A stretch of DNA of 64,000 nucleotides from Opitutus sp. GTDB lineage: Bacteria; Verrucomicrobiota; Verrucomicrobiia; Opitutales; Opitutaceae. The notes beneath the pieces were generated by a model, which had not been told where the DNA came from, searched no databases, and saw only the letters and a list, made by a program, of their open reading frames with translations. The stretch is taken from contig SIBG01000010.1 of NCBI GenBank assembly GCA_009695305.1, positions 1,646 through 65,645 on the forward strand, given 5' to 3'. Shown one piece after another: positions 54,403-63,398 of the stretch. The position numbers and the translations under genes were made by a program. Numbering within the stretch: the stretch's first letter is position 1; every line of letters starts with the position of its first letter.

Positions 54403-57384
54403 ATGACCGTAACTCCGACCCTTCCCGCTGTATCCTTGCCTGCGACGCGCAGTCTTTCCGGTCTGTTCCAGCTCCTCGTGCTCGCCGCATTTTCGTTGTC
54501 CGCGACATCCGCTTTCGCCCAGGCCGCCCCACGACCGCCGACGCCCATCGCGCCCGTCGCGCCCGTCGCTGGCGGTGGCGGTGGCGCGGCCGGTGGTGGA
54601 GCTGGGGGCAATGCCGGTGCCGCCGCCGGGCTCGGCAATCTCGCCAATCTCGGCAATCTCGCCAATCTCGGCAATCTCGCCAACCTCGGAAACCTCGTCA
54701 ATAACCTCCCTCCCGGCGTCAACCTCGCCAACTTGATCGGCGCCCTAGCCCCGGGCGGCACCGTGACCAGTGCTCCTGTCGTCATCGCCACGGCTGGCGT
54801 GCTCACCGGTGAGACTTCTCAGGCCAGCGTCATCATCCCATCGCAACTCGTCGGCGCCGCCGGCGGCGGCGGCGGCGGCGGCGGTCAGGGCGCCGCGACC
54901 GCCGCGGCCAACACCACCTATCTCTGGTCCATCACCGGTGGCAAACTCACCACGGATCCGACGCGATCCACCGTCTCCTTTGCCGCGGACACCGCCGGCT
55001 CCGTGGCGCTTTCTGTCGCCGTCACGACGAGCGGAACGACGCAGGTCGCCTCGTCCACCGTCACCGCTATTTCCCCTGCCTCCGCCGGCGAAATCACCGT
55101 CAACTCCACCATCGCCACCGGCACCGCCGGCGTCACTGCCTCCGTGCCCCCCGCGCAAAACGCCGACCGCACCTTCCGCTGGACTGTCAGCGGCAACACC
55201 GCGATCACTGCCGGTCAAAACAGCCCCGCGATCACCCTCCGCGTCGGCGCGCCCGGCCTCCTCGAACTCACCTGCTCCGTCACGCTGCAGCGTCTCGTTA
55301 CCGTCAACGTCCGCTCCTTCGTTGTCGTCAGCGGCAGCGGCGCACCCGCCGCCGTCACCATCGTCAATGGCAACGGCAGCGGCACGTTTCCCGGCGGCTC
55401 GGTCGTCGACATTTTCGCCAACTCACCCCCCGCCGGCCAGGTCTTTGACCGATGGATCGGCGACACCAGCGCATTCGGCGCCGCCCAGGTCGCGCCCTTG
55501 CTCGCGCACGCGATCTTCACCGTTCCAACCACTCCGGTCACGCTCACCGCCACCTACAAAGCCGCCCCGGCGTGGGCGCCTGTCGTCACCACCAATTTCA
55601 ATCCACAGACCCAAACCGGCGCCAACAACACGACTAACACCGTCAGCACCACGCTCGTCTCCTACCTCCCCGCCGGAGCGCAAGGCGTCGTGATCATGCT
55701 CCACGACACCGGCGGCACGGCCGGTGAATGGTTCAACGCCCCCGAGCGCGCCCTCCTGGTGCGCGACCTGGTCGCCGCCGGCTACGGCGTCGCCTCGTTA
55801 AACTCGATTAACCGCAACACCGGCGCATGGAGCGGGCAGGCCACGCTCGCCGCCAATCTTGACGCGCTCAACGTCACCGCCGCGCTCGACAAGTTCATCC
55901 GCGACGGCGGCCTCACCGCGACAAAGCCCGTCTTCTTCCTTGGCTTCTCCGACGGCGCCGACACTGGCGCGCGGTTCGCCAACCTCCTCGCCACGACGGC
56001 GCCCGCGCGCCCCGTCAAGGGCGTCGTCCTCTATTGCGCCGCCGGCACCGAGACCCTCTCGGTCACCTCCCGCGTCCCGCAATTTTTCGCCCTCGCGGTC
56101 AACGACGACAATCTCGGCCCCAACGGCAACGCCGCCGCGCGCGCCCATTCCCAGCTCATGGCCGGCCGCGGTCTTGCCACCGCCGTCGCCAACAGTGCGG
56201 CCTCGCCCGTCCACCCCGGCCGGTTCCGCGCGCTCGGCGTCACCAGCGCGACCTTTACCGCCACCGACGCCCAGGCGATCTGGACGGCGGTCAAGACCGC
56301 CGGCCTCCTCGACGTGAATAATTATCTCAAAGCCATCCCCACCGCCGACGCCCTCAAAGCCGCACTGCCCGCCGCCTACCAAGCCCGCGCCGCGGATGTC
56401 GCCGCGCAGCTCTCCGTCGCCTACGCCGCGCAGGAATTCTTCAGCGACACCGACGCCCGCGTAATTAATTTTCTCAATGGTCGAGTCGCCGATCTCCCGG
56501 CGCCCGCGCCCGGCCGCATGGTCAACCTCTCCACGCGCACCAAGATCTCCTCGGTCGGCGACACCTTCGCGCTCGGTTTCAACATCTCCGGTCCCGAGAA
56601 AGCCACGCTTCTCATCCGCGGCATCGGCCCCGCGCTGGCCGGCTTCGGCGTCCCCGGCGCGATCCTCGCCCCGCGTCTCGAAGTGAACTCGGGGGCCACC
56701 GTCATCGCCTCCAACGAGGCGTGGGACAAAGGCACGATCCCGGCCGCGCAGATCGCCGCCGCGGCCGCGAGCGTCGGCGCGTTCGCGCTCAAACCCGGCG
56801 ACGCCGACACCAGCGTCCTCCTCACGCTCTCGCCCGGCAGTTATACCGCCAACCTCAAAGGCGTTAATGGCGCCACCGGTGACATCCTCGCCGAAGTTTA
56901 TGACGTCAGCAAAAACAGCACGCGCCTCACGAACCTCTCCACCATCGCGAAGATCAACGAAGAGGGCGACCTCCTCGTTCCCGGCATCGTCGTGCAGGGA
57001 GCGAATCCCCGCACGCTCGTCATCCGCGCCGTCGGTCCCGGCCTGACCGATTTCGGCATCCCCGCGAGTTCCCTGCTCGGCGACCCGCGGATCACCGTCC
57101 TGAACGCCACCGCCAACCCCGTCGCCACCAATAACAATTGGGCGCAAGGCGGCGCCGCCGGCCAGGGCGCGACGCTCACCGCCGCGTTTCCCGCGATCGG
57201 CGCCTTCCCACTCAAAACCGCCAACAACGACGCCGCGCTCGTCACCGCACTCAACTCCGGCAATTACACGCTTCAGGCCGGTGCCGCCCCTCTCCCCGTC
57301 CCGAATCCCAACGCCCCCGCCGTCGCCGTCCCCGCCGTTAATCTCACCGGGACGGTCCTCGTGGAAGTTTACGAGGTGCCGTAG
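54403..57384 (+). CDS. large secreted protein: low-complexity linker, Ig/B-repeat-like region, alpha/beta-hydrolase-like core, two copies of an unassigned C-terminal module
   Basis: Signal peptide ...AFSLSATSAFAQ. LGNLAN repeats. An InlB-B-repeat-like segment (VTIVNGNGSGTFPGGSVVDIFA..FDRWIGD..VTLTATY). A GFSDG (GxSxG) motif in VFFLGFSDGAD. Two ~150-aa modules, ending in ...VEVYEVP. Confidence 0.75.
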   Translation: MTVTPTLPAVSLPATRSLSGLFQLLVLAAFSLSATSAFAQAAPRPPTPIAPVAPVAGGGGGAAGGGAGGNAGAAAGLGNLANLGNLANLGNLANLGNLVNNLPPGVNLANLIGALAPGGTVTSAPVVIATAGVLTGETSQASVIIPSQLVGAAGGGGGGGGQGAATAAANTTYLWSITGGKLTTDPTRSTVSFAADTAGSVALSVAVTTSGTTQVASSTVTAISPASAGEITVNSTIATGTAGVTASVPPAQNADRTFRWTVSGNTAITAGQNSPAITLRVGAPGLLELTCSVTLQRLVTVNVRSFVVVSGSGAPAAVTIVNGNGSGTFPGGSVVDIFANSPPAGQVFDRWIGDTSAFGAAQVAPLLAHAIFTVPTTPVTLTATYKAAPAWAPVVTTNFNPQTQTGANNTTNTVSTTLVSYLPAGAQGVVIMLHDTGGTAGEWFNAPERALLVRDLVAAGYGVASLNSINRNTGAWSGQATLAANLDALNVTAALDKFIRDGGLTATKPVFFLGFSDGADTGARFANLLATTAPARPVKGVVLYCAAGTETLSVTSRVPQFFALAVNDDNLGPNGNAAARAHSQLMAGRGLATAVANSAASPVHPGRFRALGVTSATFTATDAQAIWTAVKTAGLLDVNNYLKAIPTADALKAALPAAYQARAADVAAQLSVAYAAQEFFSDTDARVINFLNGRVADLPAPAPGRMVNLSTRTKISSVGDTFALGFNISGPEKATLLIRGIGPALAGFGVPGAILAPRLEVNSGATVIASNEAWDKGTIPAAQIAAAAASVGAFALKPGDADTSVLLTLSPGSYTANLKGVNGATGDILAEVYDVSKNSTRLTNLSTIAKINEEGDLLVPGIVVQGANPRTLVIRAVGPGLTDFGIPASSLLGDPRITVLNATANPVATNNNWAQGGAAGQGATLTAAFPAIGAFPLKTANNDAALVTALNSGNYTLQAGAAPLPVPNPNAPAVAVPAVNLTGTVLVEVYEVP
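54631..54702. repeat. 9-bp tandem repeat (CTCGGCAAT/CTCGCCAAT) x8
   Basis: Encodes (LGNLAN)n in-frame. The units degenerate toward the 3' end. Confidence 0.85.
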
Positions 57385-57568
57385 GTCGCGAGATCGCCCG
57401 TGCCGCCGATCGATCGCCCGGAGCGCAAGCTCACGGACGCGGCACGTTTCAGCCTCCCTGTGTTCACGCTCAGGGCACGCGGCGAACCCGTGGTCGCGCC
57501 CAAAATTACCCCGGCACCCTGGCCGCTCCGGCTTGTCTCCCCGGAGCAATCGCTTTCACTTCTCTCCG

Positions 57569-60500
57569 TTGAACGCTCTGCTTCGCACCCTCGCGGCCCT
57601 TCTCCTCGCCGGCTCCGCCCTCGCCCGCGCCGCCACCAACCCCGCGACCGGAGCCGAGCCGTTCACCGCCAAAGAGCTCGCCCAGGGCTACCGCGAACAG
57701 GTCATCCTCGCCCGCCCGCACGCCGCTCACCGCGCGACCGTTGATGGGGCTGAGGCGCGTGAAGGCGTCCGCGTCCGCACCAAGTTTGCGCGCTTCCGCG
57801 ACCTCCGCGTCATCGAGCTCGACGCCACCGATTCCGCCGACGCCGCGATCGCGCGCCTCCAGGCCACCGGCCGTTACGAGTTCGTCGAGCCCGATCGCCT
57901 CCGCCATCTCGACGCCACGCCCAACGACACGGCCTTCGCCACGCAGTGGGCGATGAACAACACCGGCCAGTCCGGTGGCATTCCCGGTGCCGACCTCAAG
58001 GCTCTGGCCGCGTGGGACATCCTCCACGATGCGCCCAACGTCATCATCGCGGTCGTCGACACCGGGGTGAACCTCAACCACCAGGACATCACCGCGAATC
58101 TCTGGCGGAACCCCGTCCCCACCGTCGGCGACATCAACGGCGCCAATTTCGTTGGCGGCCGCGGCGCGCTCGTCAGCGGCAATCCCACCGACGATGCGGG
58201 CCACGGCACGCACATCGCCGGCACCATCGGGGCGCTCGGCAACAACAATCTCGCCGTCACCGGAGTCGCGTGGAAGGTGCAGCTCATGGCCGTGAAAGTT
58301 TTCCCGGCCACCGGCGCCGGCTCCGTGTCCGAGATCGCCGCCGGCGTGCATTACGCGATCACCCACGGGGCGCAAATTATCAACGCCAGCTACGGCGAGA
58401 CCGGCAGCAGCGGTTTTTCCCAAACCGAGCTCGCGGCCGTCACCGAGGCCCGCGACGCCGGTGTCATCTTCGTCGCGGCCGCGGGCAATGGGACCGCCAA
58501 CCTCGACGTCGCGCGCCACTATCCCGCCAGTTTCCCACTCGATAACATCGTCACCGTCGGCGCCACCACGCGTTCCGAGACCGTCGCCACGTTTTCCAAC
58601 TACGGCACCGCCGTCGATCTTCTCGCACCCGGTCAGGACATCGTCTCGCTGCTTTATTCCAACAACACCGGCACCACCACGTTATCGGGCACCTCGATGG
58701 CCGCGCCCCACGTCTCCGGCGCGCTCGCGCTGCTCAAGGCGCAGTTTCCCACCGACACCTACCGCCAGCTCATCAACCGCCTGCTGCGCGGCACCGACCC
58801 CATCGCCCGTTACGCTGGCAAGGCGCAAAACGGCGGTCGCCTCAATCTGTTCGGCGCCCTCACCACCACGAGCAACCGCCCGTTCAACGACGACTTCACC
58901 ACTCGCGCACGGCTCTCCGGCGATAATTTTCTCGTCCGCTCCAGCAACGTCGGCGCCACCGTCGAGTCCGGCGGCGAGCCCGCGCACGCCGGCTCCCCCG
59001 CCAGCGCGTCGCTCTGGTGGGAGTGGACCCCCACGACCACCGAGGTCGTGCGCCTCACCACGACCGGCAGCGCCTTCGACACGGTCCTCGCCATTTACAC
59101 CGGCAGTTCGCCCAATGCCCTGACGCTCGTTGCCGCCAACGATGACGATGGCGCGAGCCCGACCAGCCGGATCGATTTCACCGCGCAGGCCGGCGTCACC
59201 TACCAGATCGCCGTTGACGGCAAGAACGGCACCACCGGCCTCGCGTTGCTCAACCTCGGCTCGGTGCCCGCCAACGACGCGTTCTCCGCCCCAGTCACGC
59301 TGTCCGGTCAAAGTGCCAGCGCCACCGCCACCAATGCCAATTGCACGCGCGAAACCGGTGAGCCACGCATCCTCGGTTTCGCCGGCGGCACGTCGCTTTG
59401 GTATCGCTGGACCGCACCGCGCAGCGGGCAATTCCAGGTCGCCGCGACGAGCAACGACTTCGATCCGCTCCTCGCCGTTTATTCCGGCACCGCGCTCAAC
59501 GCCCTCACGCTCGTCGCCAGCAGCGACAACACCGGCACCTCCAATTCCCAAACGGCCAGTCTCTGCTCCATCATCGCCACCGCCGGCACAACCTACCTCT
59601 TGACGGTGGACTCGAAGAGCACCAGCTCCCTCGGCCAGTTCACGATCACAGTGAACGATTCCCTCTGGCAGGCCAGCACTGGCACCGCCACGGTCACCGG
59701 TTCCTCCTTGACCGGCGCGCCCGCCGTCGCACCCGACGGCACGATCTACATCGGCAGCACCGATCGTTCGCTCTACGCGTTCTCCCCCGGCGGCACTCCG
59801 CTCTGGAGTTATCCCACTGGCGGGTTGATCGACACCTGCTCGCCCGCCATCGGGGCCGATGGCACGATCTATTTCGGCTCCAACGACGGCAAGCTCTACG
59901 CGCTCGCCCCGGACGGCGTCACGCTCCGCTGGTCGCACACCTTTCCCTCCGCCGGCGTCAGCAACAGCCCCACCCTCGCCACCGATGGCACGATCTATGT
60001 GAAGCCCTCCGACGGCCTGCTCTACGCACTCAATCCCGCCGACGGCACCACGAAGTGGACCCGTGACGTCAAGGGCCTCCTCTCCTACGGCAGCGCCGCC
60101 GTCGCGCCCGACGGCACCATCTACCAGGGCTCCGAGGATAAAAATCTTTACGCGATCAATCCGGCCGACGGCACGGTGAAGTGGCGCTTCCTCGCCGACA
60201 ACGACATCTACACCGCTCCGGCGATCGACGCCGCCGGAAATATTTATTTCAGCGTGCTCAACTCCGGTAAACTTTACTCGGTCACGCCCGCCGGCACCCC
60301 ACGCTGGACCTATTCCGGCGCCGCGCTCGGCAGCAGCTCCTCGCCGTGCCTCAGCGCCGATGGCTCCACCGTCTATTACGGCGGCTACGATCGCAAACTT
60401 CACGCGATCGATTCCGCCACCGGCGCCGTGCGGTGGACTTATTTACTCGGCGACGAAGTTCGCGCGAGTTCACCGGCGGTCGACGCCAACGGCGTGATCT

Positions 60501-61828
60501 ACATTGGGTGCTACGATTTCAAACTCTACGCGATCAACCCCGACGGCACGCTCAAGCGCACCTGGGCCACCGGCAACTGGATCCGCTCGTGTCCCGCCCT
60601 CTCCGGCACCTCCCTCTACGTCGGCAGCAACGACAACAAGCTCTACGCCTTCGACCTCGGCGCCTCGGTCTCCGGCGGCCCGTGGCCACAGTATCGCGCC
60701 AACCCCCGCCGCCTCGGCCGCGCGATCAGCGACACGTTCGCCATCACCGCCGCACCCAGATCGCAGACCGCCATCGTGAGCCTGCCCCTCACGCTCGATG
60801 TCATCGCGACCGGTCCGAGTGCGATCAGTTACCAGTGGAGCAAGGATGGCGCGGCCATCGCCGGCGCGACCTCCTCGACCTACACCGTGACCGCGGCCAC
60901 CACCGCCACCGCGGGCAGTTACACCGTGAAAATTTCCAGCGCGCAAGGCACCCTCACCAGCACGCCCGCGATCGTCACCGTCGAGCCGCTCAACCCCGGC
61001 CGCCTCACGAACCTCTCCGTCCGCACCACCGCCGGCACCGGCGCCCAAACGCTGACCGTTGGCTTCGTCGTCAGCGCCGGCGCGGCGAAGCCACTGCTCG
61101 TCCGTGGCATCGGCCCGTCGCTCACGCAATTCGGCGTCACCGGCGTGCTCGCCGATCCAAAAATCTCGCTCCTTTCCGGGACGCAGCAACTCATCACTGA
61201 AAACGACGACTGGAGCAGCGACTCCGCCGCCGGCGCCATCACCGCCGCCGCGGCCGCGCGAGTCGGTGCGTTTCCACTCGTGCCCGGCACCAAGGATGCC
61301 GCGTTCATCTGGCCGCTCTCGGCCGGCTCCGCCACTGTCCAACTGACCGGCGGCGGCACGACCGGCATCGCTCTCGCCGAACTCTACGACACCGACCCCA
61401 CGCCGGCAGGGGCACAGACCCTCGTCGCTGTGAGCCGGCTCATCAACGTCTCCGCCCGTGCCCAAGTCACCACCGGCGGCGGCATCCTCATCGCCGGCTT
61501 CGTGCTCAACGGCAACGTCTCGAAGCAAATTCTCCTTCGCGCCGTCGGCCCCTCTCTTTCCCAGTTTAACGTGACCGGCCGTCTCGCCGACCCGAAGCTG
61601 GAAGTCTTCGATGCGAACTCCAAGAGCATCGCCGTCAACGACGACTGGCGCGGCGATACGGTGCTCCGGACGGCCTTCACGAGCGTCGGCGCCTTCGGAC
61701 TAAACAGTTCGACGTCCCTCGACGCCGTCCTCTTGGTCACACTCGCCCCGGGCAGCTACACCGCCCAGGTCAGCGGCGTCAGCGGCGCCACCGGCATCGC
61801 CCTCGTCGAAATTTACGAAGTGCCTTGA
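57569..61828 (+). CDS. secreted subtilisin-like (S8) protease with I9 propeptide, two PPC-like domains, PQQ/BamB-like beta-propeller, Ig-like domain and two copies of the unassigned C-terminal module
   Basis: The TTG at 57569 gives (M)NALLRTLAALLLAGSALARA. The catalytic triad blocks are VVDTGV (Asp), GHGTHIAG (His) and GTSMAAPHVSG (Ser). There are repeated GTIY.GS.D..LYA blades. An Ig-like segment (ISYQWSKDGAAIAG..YTV). The protein ends ...VEIYEVP. Confidence 0.85.
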   Translation: MNALLRTLAALLLAGSALARAATNPATGAEPFTAKELAQGYREQVILARPHAAHRATVDGAEAREGVRVRTKFARFRDLRVIELDATDSADAAIARLQATGRYEFVEPDRLRHLDATPNDTAFATQWAMNNTGQSGGIPGADLKALAAWDILHDAPNVIIAVVDTGVNLNHQDITANLWRNPVPTVGDINGANFVGGRGALVSGNPTDDAGHGTHIAGTIGALGNNNLAVTGVAWKVQLMAVKVFPATGAGSVSEIAAGVHYAITHGAQIINASYGETGSSGFSQTELAAVTEARDAGVIFVAAAGNGTANLDVARHYPASFPLDNIVTVGATTRSETVATFSNYGTAVDLLAPGQDIVSLLYSNNTGTTTLSGTSMAAPHVSGALALLKAQFPTDTYRQLINRLLRGTDPIARYAGKAQNGGRLNLFGALTTTSNRPFNDDFTTRARLSGDNFLVRSSNVGATVESGGEPAHAGSPASASLWWEWTPTTTEVVRLTTTGSAFDTVLAIYTGSSPNALTLVAANDDDGASPTSRIDFTAQAGVTYQIAVDGKNGTTGLALLNLGSVPANDAFSAPVTLSGQSASATATNANCTRETGEPRILGFAGGTSLWYRWTAPRSGQFQVAATSNDFDPLLAVYSGTALNALTLVASSDNTGTSNSQTASLCSIIATAGTTYLLTVDSKSTSSLGQFTITVNDSLWQASTGTATVTGSSLTGAPAVAPDGTIYIGSTDRSLYAFSPGGTPLWSYPTGGLIDTCSPAIGADGTIYFGSNDGKLYALAPDGVTLRWSHTFPSAGVSNSPTLATDGTIYVKPSDGLLYALNPADGTTKWTRDVKGLLSYGSAAVAPDGTIYQGSEDKNLYAINPADGTVKWRFLADNDIYTAPAIDAAGNIYFSVLNSGKLYSVTPAGTPRWTYSGAALGSSSSPCLSADGSTVYYGGYDRKLHAIDSATGAVRWTYLLGDEVRASSPAVDANGVIYIGCYDFKLYAINPDGTLKRTWATGNWIRSCPALSGTSLYVGSNDNKLYAFDLGASVSGGPWPQYRANPRRLGRAISDTFAITAAPRSQTAIVSLPLTLDVIATGPSAISYQWSKDGAAIAGATSSTYTVTAATTATAGSYTVKISSAQGTLTSTPAIVTVEPLNPGRLTNLSVRTTAGTGAQTLTVGFVVSAGAAKPLLVRGIGPSLTQFGVTGVLADPKISLLSGTQQLITENDDWSSDSAAGAITAAAAARVGAFPLVPGTKDAAFIWPLSAGSATVQLTGGGTTGIALAELYDTDPTPAGAQTLVAVSRLINVSARAQVTTGGGILIAGFVLNGNVSKQILLRAVGPSLSQFNVTGRLADPKLEVFDANSKSIAVNDDWRGDTVLRTAFTSVGAFGLNSSTSLDAVLLVTLAPGSYTAQVSGVSGATGIALVEIYEVP

Positions 61829-61886
61829 TGGAGATTGAGCGCGTTGACTCGCCGCGCGGTTGTTTTTGCGCCCGGCGCGCAACCCG

Positions 61887-62684
61887 TCATTTCCCGCCGC
61901 CGGCCAGCGCCTTCATCTGCTTTTCGAGAAAGTCCTGCGGCAAAATCATCCGCCAGCCGTCGGGCGCGCGGTAGAACGGCATCGTCTCATCCTTCGTCTT
62001 CCCGCCGTCCACCTGCATCCGCACCCGCACGGCCATCAGGTCCGGTTTGATCTCCTGCTGGCCGAGCACCTGCATGCCGGTCAACGTGGCCGCATCCCGC
62101 GCAAGCATCAAGGCCAGGACTTTTTCCGGGCTCCCATATTGGGAGCGCGTCGCGTCGGGCAGCGCCGCGAACCAGTCGGCCGCCTTTTGCTTGGCCTTCG
62201 GCTCAAGCACCAGGCCTTCGGCCAGCAAATCGACGTCACCGCCGCTCGCCGCATAGAGCAGCGACTCCATCGCCTGCGCCGGCGTGTTCTTGCCGGTGTT
62301 CTTGAGGGCGCCGACCGGCGTGAGGTTGTTCGGGATGCCCGAGGTATCCATGTTCTTCGCGGCCGCCGCGGCCGTGGCCATGCGCGCGAACTGCACAATT
62401 TCCTGCGTGCTCGTCTTCAGCCCACGAATCTCATCCCGCAGTTTCGCGAACTCCGTCCGCTGCTCATCGCCCGCGCCATTCTCCGGCGCCACCACCGCCA
62501 CCACCGGCGCCTGGGGATGCGGGGCCCCCGTCACGTCTTTCGACTGCTTCGCCGCCTGCTGCACGTCGGTGCGCAGCGCCGCGATCTCGTCCCGCAGCTC
62601 CCCCATGGTCGCACGCTGCATCACCAGCACCCCCGCGATCAGCACCGTGCCGAACCCCGCCAACCCGACCAGTAGTTTGTTCAT
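61887..62684 (-). CDS. hypothetical N-terminally membrane-anchored protein
   Basis: MNKLLVGLAGFGTVLIAGVLVM anchor, a coiled-coil-like segment (ELRDEIAALR / KLRDEIRGLK), and a C-terminal globular region. No recognisable family. Confidence 0.5.
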   Translation of the reverse strand: MNKLLVGLAGFGTVLIAGVLVMQRATMGELRDEIAALRTDVQQAAKQSKDVTGAPHPQAPVVAVVAPENGAGDEQRTEFAKLRDEIRGLKTSTQEIVQFARMATAAAAAKNMDTSGIPNNLTPVGALKNTGKNTPAQAMESLLYAASGGDVDLLAEGLVLEPKAKQKAADWFAALPDATRSQYGSPEKVLALMLARDAATLTGMQVLGQQEIKPDLMAVRVRMQVDGGKTKDETMPFYRAPDGWRMILPQDFLEKQMKALAGGGK

Positions 62685-62818
62685 GCCCACAGCCTCGCAG
62701 ATTTCCTGTCTCACGTCACGCTCCTACCCGAGCCAAACCGCTTGCGCGCTGGGAACCGGACGTGCCGCCGCGCTTTTTACCTTCCCTCTCCTCATCCGAA
62801 CCGCCTCAATCGCTCCTC

Positions 62819-63382
62819 GTGGCCACGCCCAAGACTATCGGTTCGGAGGAGGTTCATGCTGCCATTGCGCGGCTGGCCACGGCCATTTCCGCCCGGCACC
62901 CCGCCACGCCAAAACTCCTCTTCCTCGGCGTCGCGAACGGCGGCGTCGAGTTGGCCCGTCGCCTCACCGCTAGGCTCTCCAGCGTCAACCCGCTCCTCCT
63001 GACGACGACCGGCACCGTGGACATTTCCTTTCACCGCGACGACATCGGCCGCCACCCCATCCCGAAGGAATTCGCTCCGTCCCACATTCCGGCTGACGTT
63101 CATGGCGCCACGGTGATCCTCGTGGACGACGTGCTTTTTTCCGGCCGGACGGTCAAGGCGGCGCTCGACGAGCTCTTTGACCACGGCCGCCCGGCGAAGG
63201 TGGAGCTGGCCATCCTCGTTGATCGGGGCGGCCGCCTCCTGCCCGTCGCCGCCGACTACACCGGCCTCACGCTGCCCGCCGGGCCGCGGGAACAGGTCAC
63301 CGTCATCCTTGACCCGGCCGACCCGAAACGGGACACCATCCGGGTGACGGCCGCCCCGGCGAATCGAAAATCACCAGTCTAA
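62819..63382 (+). CDS. pyrR: bifunctional pyrimidine regulatory protein PyrR / uracil phosphoribosyltransferase
   Basis: The GTG at 62819. Also DISFHRDD and the PRPP motif VILVDDVLFSGRT; LVDRGGR.LP. The last 7 codons are encoded by a heptamer array. Confidence 0.9.
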   Translation: MATPKTIGSEEVHAAIARLATAISARHPATPKLLFLGVANGGVELARRLTARLSSVNPLLLTTTGTVDISFHRDDIGRHPIPKEFAPSHIPADVHGATVILVDDVLFSGRTVKAALDELFDHGRPAKVELAILVDRGGRLLPVAADYTGLTLPAGPREQVTVILDPADPKRDTIRVTAAPANRKSPV

Positions 63383-63396
63383 AATCGAAAATCACC
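63362..63396. repeat. AATCGAA-family heptamer array spanning the pyrR stop up to the pyrB start
   Basis: AATCGAA AATCACC AGTCTAA AATCGAA AATCACC, then CG and the ATG at 63399. It contains the pyrR TAA. Confidence 0.8.
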
Positions 63397-63398
63397 CG

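Noticed and set aside
62685-62818. PyrR-binding attenuator hairpin upstream of pyrR, or between pyrR and pyrB.
   Set aside because: No ARUCCAGAGAGGYU-like PyrR loop motif was seen. The pyrR-pyrB spacer is only 16 nt and is occupied by the heptamer array, so a Bacillus-type attenuator is not supported.
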